Assembly: GCA_951406725.2 (NCBI GenBank) | Contig: OX597827.1 | Location: 60,078,001-60,142,000 of the forward strand | DNA: 64,000 bases | Direction of reading: 5' to 3' | Source: Octopus vulgaris | Lineage: Eukaryota | The notes under the pieces: model-generated | Seen by the model: only the letters and a program-made list of their open reading frames with translations | The model's database searches: none | What the model was told of the DNA's origin: nothing | Made by a program: the position numbers and the translations under genes | Shown: positions 54,855 to 64,000 of the stretch, one piece after another | Layout: every line of letters begins with the position of its first letter | Numbering within the stretch: the first letter of the stretch is position 1

Positions 54855-55320
54855 ACTCTCTTTCTCTTTCTCTTTCTCTAAGCTCAACAGTTGTATTTCC
54901 AGATTCCTCACACAACTCAACACTCGAAAAGTTTTCCAGACAATCAAAGCCCTCAATATGCACTGAAAGCCTTTACATGACTTCCAAACTTGTCTAGAGA
55001 TAATCGATTCACTCAACAGTCACTACATCAATGTCCTCAACAGATACTCAAAGCCTTCACCAAACACTCTCAATGCTACCAAATGCACAACTAACAACAA
55101 AACAGTCACGACCACTAACTGTCACCACCATCATCGCACCAAGTCTATCAATTCCACTGACAGCACGACCAACGCCATTAACACCACAACTACCACCAGC
55201 TCCACCATTACCACCAATACTAGCACTACCACTACTAGCACTACCGCCCACACTATCACTAGCGCCACAGCAGGACTGTCGTGACCACTGACATCACCAC
55301 CACCGACAACAACAACACTA

Positions 55321-55669
55321 GTGGAGGCACAATGGCACACTGGTTAGGGCAACGGACTCGCGGTCGTAAGAATGCGGTTTCGATTCACAGACCGGGCATT
55401 GTGAGTGTTTATTGAGCAAAAACACCTAAGCTTCATGAGGCTCCGGGGGGTGGGGGTGAAACCAGCTGTACTCTTTCACCACAACTTTCTCTCATTCTTT
55501 CTTCCTACTTCTGCCACAAAAGCAGAGGAACCATGGTGTAACCTACTATGTATGGTGTGGTAAACTTTCAGACCCTAGTCTAGATTGCGAATCCTCTGTA
55601 CCCCAGGATGGTTCAGCTCTCCACCCGTTAAAAGCCACGGTTTACGGAATGAGGATAACAACGTAGCTT
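55321..55669 (+). mobile_element. SINE family B', 3' truncated
   Basis: Homologous to 60296-60645. Confidence 0.9.
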
Positions 55670-56841
55670 GTGGTGGTGGTGGTGGTGGTGGTGGTGGTGA
55701 TGGTGGTAGTGGCGGCGACGGTGGCGGCGGTGACAGAGTCAGCGGGCTGTAGAATGGTGATAATGATAGCGGTGGCAGTCGTGGTTGGGACGGCAGTGGA
55801 GGTGGCTGTGGTGACGGCGGTGGCGGCGGCGGTGGGGGTGGTGACGGCGGTGGCGGCGGCGGCGACGGCGGCGGCGACGGCGGCGGCAGTAGAGGTTATG
55901 TGGCGAGGAGTAGCCCCACATTAAAACACAAACAAACAAACAAACAAACAAACAAAAATAATTCCTTCACAACTCCCAAACCCACCTAAAAGGTTGTGAT
56001 CTAAAATTGTTCCAGAAAGTTCATGCCAGATCAGATCTAGAATTCACAGAACTTCTAATGCCAACTTAAACAAAGTTGAAAATGTTAGATAAACAAAAGA
56101 TTTAGTAATTTTTTACTAACAATAAATGAACACAGATAGAACTAAAGAAATAAAACGAAAATAGAATACAACATATATACATATATATACATATATATGT
56201 ATGTGTACACACATATATATACACATATACATATGTATGTATATATATATATATATAAGTGTATATATATATATGTATGTATATGTATATATATATATAT
56301 ATATATATAAGTGTATATATATATATGTATGTATATGTATATATATATACATATATGTATATATTTATATATATATATACATATATATGTATATATATAT
56401 ATACATATATACATATACATATATATATACATATGTATATATGAATACATATATATATATATACATACATATATATATACATATACAAGTACACACACAC
56501 AATCACACACACACAAACACACACATGTATATATATGTACGTATGTATGTATGTATGTAATAATGCAGAAGGATTAGTCAATATGTGTATGCTTGTATAT
56601 ATGTATGAGTGTGCGTATATATATATATGAGTGTATGTATGTATGTGTGTATATATATGGATACATAATGTTTTGTTGTTCGCTTTGTTTATATTCCACT
56701 CACTTTTGTTCCCTTTTTTTGGAATAAGCAAGATTTTTGTTTATTTGTTTATTTTCCTTTTGTTTATATGCTTTTTGTTTTTGTTTTTGTACTTTTTTGA
56801 GAGGGGCGGGGTTTGAGGGGTGTGTTCTAATTCCGAAGCAA

Positions 56842-56929
<88 letters not shown>

Positions 56930-57180
56930 TTTAAGTTTAAAATAATAAGGGTGAAAACTTATTTAATATCAATTTAAAGCCAGTGGTCTCGCATATTTAA
57001 AAATCTGAAGTTTCAGAAAAATTATATTACATGCATATAAAAGGGATGACCTGTAAGTGGACATCCGTTATGCTAGAAGAAGATTTGCTATGGTCTAACC
57101 ACTAAGAAAGGAATTTTCTTGAGAACATTCCTTTTTTAGTGGTTAGACCATAGCGGATCTACTTGCATAATGCATGTCCA

Positions 57181-57218
<38 letters not shown>

Positions 57219-57286
57219 ACCGCGTTTGTACCGTTGGTGATTTTTTTTCCTCCGTCTTCCCTTCACTGGATATTTCCTTTTCCTAT

Positions 57287-57321
57287 GTTTCTGACGAAGA
57301 GCTCCGCTCGAAACGTAAAAC
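57287..57321 (+). ncRNA. Minimal type I hammerhead ribozyme with an intact core
   Basis: gttt-CTGACGA-a-gagc-tcc-gctc-GAAA-CG-TA-aaac; palindromic ACGT stem III. Confidence 0.8.
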
Positions 57322-57784
57322 CCTCCTTCTTCCCCTCCTTCCTTCCTGAGCGTCCAATAATATCTATATTTGTTCCACGTCCTACGCAAATTTATACATA
57401 AATTATTGTATGTGATAACTCTAGTGCTTAGCTCCGAAGCAGCCACAGAAGATCGTTTTGTGTTTTCATGTTTAGATTGAATTCATTACTAATGTAATAT
57501 GTAGTTTTTTATATATATATATATATATATAGTTTTTTGTGCTAGGCCACTCGGTGTTAAATTAATGGTATTATTAAATTAATATCGATTTTTCACCCTC
57601 ATTTATAAATTTATAAATTTAACTATGCGGCAGTAAATATTTTATTTGATGCGGCATACGTTTCCAATGGAGTCTTGGAATGCTTTTGGCGCGGAATTTG
57701 AGACATAACTAAAAATGTAATTGGTTGGACCGCTCGTGTTTTTGACGCTCGAATCGATCTGTGTGTGTGTGTATGTATATATGT

Positions 57785-57844
<60 letters not shown>

Positions 57845-57951
57845 ACATATATATATGTATACATATATATATATACACATTGATAGACACACAGATATAT
57901 AAACAAATAGATAGATGTACACACATATATACTAATATATATGTATGTGTG

Positions 57952-58014
<63 letters not shown>

Positions 58015-58078
58015 AGATATATGTATGGATATGTATATATATATATTTATATATATATATATATATGTACGAATATAC

Positions 58079-58510
<432 letters not shown>

Positions 58511-58641
58511 TCCTGGCTGCAGTCAACTGTGTGTGTGTGTGTATGTATATATGTATACATATACATATAAATACACATTGATAGACACACAGATATATAA
58601 ACAAATAGATAGATGTACACACATATATACTTATATATATG

Positions 58642-58720
<79 letters not shown>

Positions 58721-58732
58721 GTATATTCGTAC

Positions 58733-58776
<44 letters not shown>

Positions 58777-59298
58777 CCATACACATATCTACACACACAT
58801 TCACACACACACGTATACATATAAATGAACAATGTGGAGCTAGCGCAAGAGATTAAAAGAAAAAATGCAAAAATGCGTTATTCTTATTTATAGCGAGTTA
58901 TAAAGAAAACGATATATTTAAGTAAACAAGGAAACCGCCTTGAAGAAAAAAAAACTCGCATAATATCAATAACGTTAATATCGAAACGATTTTAGCACTA
59001 CATACGAATGCTTGTCTGTGAGTATGCGGGCATGAGTATGTGCATCCGTGTGCGCACGGGATGTGTATGTGTGTAAGGTTTGAGTATTGTCTACAAAAAC
59101 CTCCATGGAAAGGGACCTAATACTGTATTAAGGAAATTTCTTTACTTATTGCGGGTAAATTCATAATTATTAATTTTTTTATCATATGTACGTAGACTAA
59201 CGAGAACCATGTTCTGGCCGATTCGAACGTAAATATGCTAATCGCTGTAAAAATGAAACGATGCGGTGTTCATAACACAATTCATTGGTACATGGGAT

Positions 59299-59345
59299 TT
59301 TGAGACACGGCAGTGTTTCGACCTGGTTGTATCTCCTCAGTCAAA
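59299..59345 (-). ncRNA. Type I hammerhead ribozyme with a self-folding stem III
   Basis: tttga-CTGAGGA-gat-acaaccag-gtc-GAAA-cac-tgcc-gtg-TC-tcaaa. Confidence 0.85.
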
Positions 59346-59777
59346 GTTACTCCTGGATCAATGTCTAAACAAGGATTGTGGCTCTTCTTTATAGAATTCA
59401 ACAAACAAATTATTTGCTGATGCGTGCTGATGTCTACAACACTGATAATAAATCGCCATCTGCACAGAAACCAGCGAGAATTCAGTATAGAAAATCACTA
59501 TATTGGATCATTCTTAATACGATCCGGTATAATGGAACATGGCTATGTTATTAAGAGTGAATATGTAAGGCTTTGTAGGGCGGTCAATATTTCCTTGATG
59601 ATTGGTTGTTATACTGTGAATTTTCAGACTGATCTTCCTAAAGGAGATAGCCATAACATCACTCCGACCAGATATGTTCCTGCTCCCCAACAGAACACAG
59701 CAATCACTGTGGTCGAAGCTATTGAACCCTAGGAGGGCAGACTCGTTATTTTTCACCAGCTAAAGAAAATCAAATAT

Positions 59778-60041
<264 letters not shown>

Positions 60042-60295
60042 TGCGAGGGTGGGACAGAAAGTGATGCAATTTTATTTCCATTAGTTTTTGGCTAACTTCG
60101 TATATACGTATGTATATACGCATGCAGGCATATATATATATACATTCATATGGTCATATTCGAAACTCGTTCTTTCCGTTTATTTAACACAGGCATCGAT
60201 CATAGCCTCTCAACTAATTTCTCATTACTAGTACAACAATCAGTGAATATATGTGTCGCTTGGACGTATAGGACACACAAACACCAAACAGCTGA

Positions 60296-60793
60296 GTAGA
60301 GGTGCAATGGCCCAGTGGTTAGGGCAGCGGACTCGCGATCGTAAGAACGCGGTTTCGATTCCCAGACCGGGCATTGTGAGTATTTATTGAGCAAAAACAT
60401 CTAAGCTCCACGAGGCTCCGGCAGGGGTTGGAGGGTGAACCCAGCTGTACTCTTTCACTACAATTTTCTCTCACTCTTTCTTCCTACTTCTGCGACAAAG
60501 CAGAGGAACCATGGTGTAACCCACTATGGTGTGGTAAAACTTTCAGACCCTAGTCTAGATTGCGAATCCTCTGTACCCCAGGATGGTACTGCTCTCCACC
60601 TGTTAAAAAGCCACCGTTTACGGAATGAGGATAACAACGTAGCTTTCGCGCACGTGCAACCGCCAGTCTATCGCCGCATGTGGTGGGTGGATCTTCAAGT
60701 TGCCACACGCATTCTTAGTAGCTTAGAGTAGGCTCGAATTAGAAATTATTCTTTGTGGCTAATGGCGTTAGTCCTGATTGGAAAAAGAAGAAG
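60296..60793 (+). mobile_element. SINE family B', full length
   Basis: tRNA head (TGGCCCAGTGG / GTTTCGATTCCC), (GAA)n tail, approximate TSD CAAACAGCTGA / ACAATAGCTGA. Confidence 0.92.
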
Positions 60794-61025
60794 ACAATAG
60801 CTGACATCAAGGAAAGTATTAATAGTTGTAAACGGAATGATTTATGTATATGTGTGAATGTTTTTGATTATATTTTTCGAGAGCCAGAACAATGCAACTT
60901 ATAAAAATCAATAATACAGGTCGACGATTAGTATTTTTACCATCGACCTGTAGTAGAATTTTTTTATGACTTGCATTCTTTTGGTTTAAAAACAAAATAT
61001 AATTAAAATCATTTATATATATATA

Positions 61026-61418
61026 CTAGCAGTATCGCCCGGCGTTGCTCGGTTTTGTAAGGGAAATAACTATATAAGCATTTTTAGAGATGTAAAGTAT
61101 AATAGCCATCTCAATATGGCTAACCACAAAGGGGGGTGTTACTGTAGCTTTTTACGTTCTGAGATTTAATAATAAATTTTTAGAGAGTTACTTCCCTTAT
61201 ATATGCCAAAAATGCATTAAAAATGGGAAAAATTGATGGTAATTTTTTTTAAATCGTAGACTCATCGTAGACGCCCGCTAATACCCAGAAGGGCTCGATA
61301 TGAATCCCGACTATAAGATACCCGGTTTTGGTTAAACTGCACCGCAAAATGTGGGAGTAGTTAGGAATTTAAATCGTAGGAGACAGACAGCACACAACCT
61401 CACTTTTATATATAAAGA
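61026..61418 (-). mobile_element. Non-autonomous Helitron
   Basis: Minus strand starts A|TC and ends CTAG|T, with a subterminal GC hairpin CCGAGCAACGCCGG about 10 nt before CTAG. Confidence 0.88.
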
Positions 61419-61462
61419 TATATCTGACAATACTCCATGAAAACCATAATAATACTCTAATA

Positions 61463-61543
<81 letters not shown>

Positions 61544-61545
<2 letters not shown>

Positions 61546-62114
61546 GTATAAATTTGTATTTTCTCCCTAGTTTTTTGTGCTAAGCCACTCGGTGTTAAAT
61601 TAATGGTATTATTAAATTAATATCAAATTTTCACCCTCATTTATAAATTTATAAATTTAATTATGCGGCAGTAAATATTTTATTTGATGCACCATACGTT
61701 TCCAATGAGTCTTAGCATGCTTTTCGCGGGGAATTTGAGGCATAACTAAAAATGCAATTTGACGCTCGTGTTGGTCTGATAAATTGTATTTAAGACAAAC
61801 CTCTGCTGATGATTTATAGATGTCTATGTAAGTAAAATTGCATTTACATTAGTAATGAAACAATTGTTCAGGGTCAATCTATTTATTCGTTATATTTCAC
61901 TTTCCTTCCGTTAAATGTAATGTTATTTCTAATTGGAAACATCGTTTCTGTGGCTATACCATCGGAGCTATTTTTAGCACTAGAGCTATCCACATAGTGG
62001 TAACTCTCTAATAATTTATGTATAAATTTGTATTTTCTCTCTAGTTTTTTTGTGCTAAGCCACTCGGTTGTTAAATTAATGGTATTATTAAATTAATATC
62101 AATTTTTCACCCTC

Positions 62115-62120
<6 letters not shown>
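61544..62120 (+). mobile_element. About 474-bp unit with a direct terminal repeat of about 100 bp (pLTR-like)
   Basis: ATGTATAAATTTGTATTTTCTC...TTTTCACCCTCATTT at 61544 and 62018; 61569-61772 also matches 57530-57740. Confidence 0.7.
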
Positions 62121-62171
<51 letters not shown>

Positions 62172-62699
62172 TAATAGTTAATAATTTTACCAAGTATTTC
62201 GGTATGTTGAAAGAACCGTTATACAAAAATTCTATAATTATAAGCATAATTATAATTAGGGTTCAGCAAATTGCTTCACCACATACTGAAATTTAGAAAT
62301 AGCAGTTAAATACTATTCCACTGCCATAAGATATCTCTTAATACTCTTAATTCACGTAGGTAAAGAGAAAAAAAATAACGAATCCACCCGGCTTTGATCA
62401 ACCACATGTGCGTTTCTGGATTAAAGAGATATAAAATTTTATTTTTACTCACTTATTTCCGTCTTCAGTGTAGTATTTCAATTATAAATTCCAGAGTAAT
62501 AATAATTAAAACATGTATTCGACCAAGAGATATCGACATCTTATGTTTATATATATTATATATATGTGTATGTATGTATGTATGCATGTATGTATGTATG
62601 TATGCATGTATGTGTGTATGTATGTATGGATGGATGGATGGATGGATGGATGGATGAATGGATGGATGGATGGATGGATGGATGGATGGACGTATATTA

Positions 62700-62897
62700 G
62701 TATGTCTGTGTTTCTCACCCCAGCATCGCTTGACAACCGTTGTTGTTTTCTTTACGTCACCGTAAACTAGCGGTTCAGCAAAAATGACCGATGGAATAAG
62801 TATCAGATTTAGAACGAATAAGTCCTGGGGTCGATTTGCTCGACTAAATGAGGTACTCCAGTATGGCCTCAGTCAAATGACTGAAACAAGTAAAAAA
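62700..62897 (+). mobile_element. 3' half of SINE family A
   Basis: Matches the family A tail. Confidence 0.85.
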
Positions 62898-62904
62898 TAA
62901 AACA

Positions 62905-63052
<148 letters not shown>

Positions 63053-63335
63053 TAATTACACATATGTTAGTCTTTCTTTGCGCTTCATATTCGGATCATC
63101 CTACACAACAGTTTTACAGTCGTGAAACTGGGATTTTCTACACCTGGACATTTTCAGTATTAGTGTGTGTATATATATATGTGTGTGTGTGTGTGTATAC
63201 ATACATAAATCTATGTATGTATGTAGGCATGTATGTATATGTATACGTATATTTGTGTGTGTATATAGATAGATATAGATAGATATAGATCTATCTTTAT
63301 GTATATAGACACACACACACTCATATATATATGTA

Positions 63336-63375
<40 letters not shown>

Positions 63376-63405
63376 GTATCACTCTAATGTCTAAAACCGC
63401 AAATA

Positions 63406-63622
63406 GTCTGTTCTACTCTAGGCAGAAGGCTCGAAATTTTGGAGGAGGGGGCCAGTCGATTAGATCGACTCCAGTACACAGCTGGTACTTAATTTATTGA
63501 ACCCCGAAAGGATGAAAGGCAAAGTCGACTTCAGCGGAATTTGAACTCAGAACATAAAGACTGACGAAACACCACTTAGCATTTCGCCCGGCATGCTAAC
63601 TTTTCTGCCATCTCACCGCCTT
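63406..63622 (-). mobile_element. SINE C variant with a 14-bp TSD
   Basis: TAAAACCGCAAATA at 63392-63405 and 63623-63636. Confidence 0.9.
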
Positions 63623-63879
63623 TAAAACCGCAAATATTACGTAAATTTTTTTATTTTACGTAAACTGGTGTTGAAAGCAGAGATGGTACAGAAACAATTA
63701 CAACGAATCATTAAACACGTGTTACAGAATTTTCTTTTTCTACTTTTTGTTATTTGGATTGTACCGCCACGACGCAACGGTGTTGCCGTCGAGAAACCAG
63801 GAGATTTTCTACACTTAAATTTTGGTATTGGTTTGGTATACGACTGTGTTGATAGTCCAGAAACTGGCAAGGTTGTTTA

Positions 63880-64000
63880 TGGAAGACCAGCAGTCTCCCA
63901 TGCATACCGGCCTCCCCTCTCCCCGCCACCAGTGTTATCCGAGGGAAAGGTAAAGGGGCCGATACAGCTTGGCACCTGTGATGTCATTACTCATTTCTAC
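63880..64000 (-). mobile_element. 'F' tail of a CORE-type SINE, running off the window
   Basis: Reverse complement of about 15092-15210. Confidence 0.8.

Noticed and set aside
57530-57740. Segmental duplication with 61569-61772
   Set aside because: Better explained as copies of one interspersed family also present at 36020-36345 and 62018-62120.

Overview
This is eukaryotic, AT-rich DNA saturated with microsatellites, and I found no host exon. The SINE families and repeat landscape look like an octopod (Octopus) genome; that assignment comes from recalled family resemblance, not a search. The only long intact reading frame is a 5'-truncated CR1-group LINE reverse transcriptase (30807-32603, minus strand). 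The rest is: about 35 tRNA-derived SINE copies and fragments from a few modular families, many nested and with clean TSDs; decayed mariner, Tc1, RTE, Dong/R4 and Penelope-like (PLE) fragments; two MITEs; one non-autonomous Helitron; minisatellites; and microsatellites. The most notable signal is about 15 or more type I hammerhead-ribozyme motifs in short repeats that often form inverted or tandem pairs. Several have intact cores. One family has a covarying G3:C8 core (GUGAACA) and another an A6U core. One SINE locus (52639-53058) is a fine-scale interleave of two unrelated SINEs and is probably an assembly artefact. Nearly all ORFs in the supplied track are microsatellite translations.
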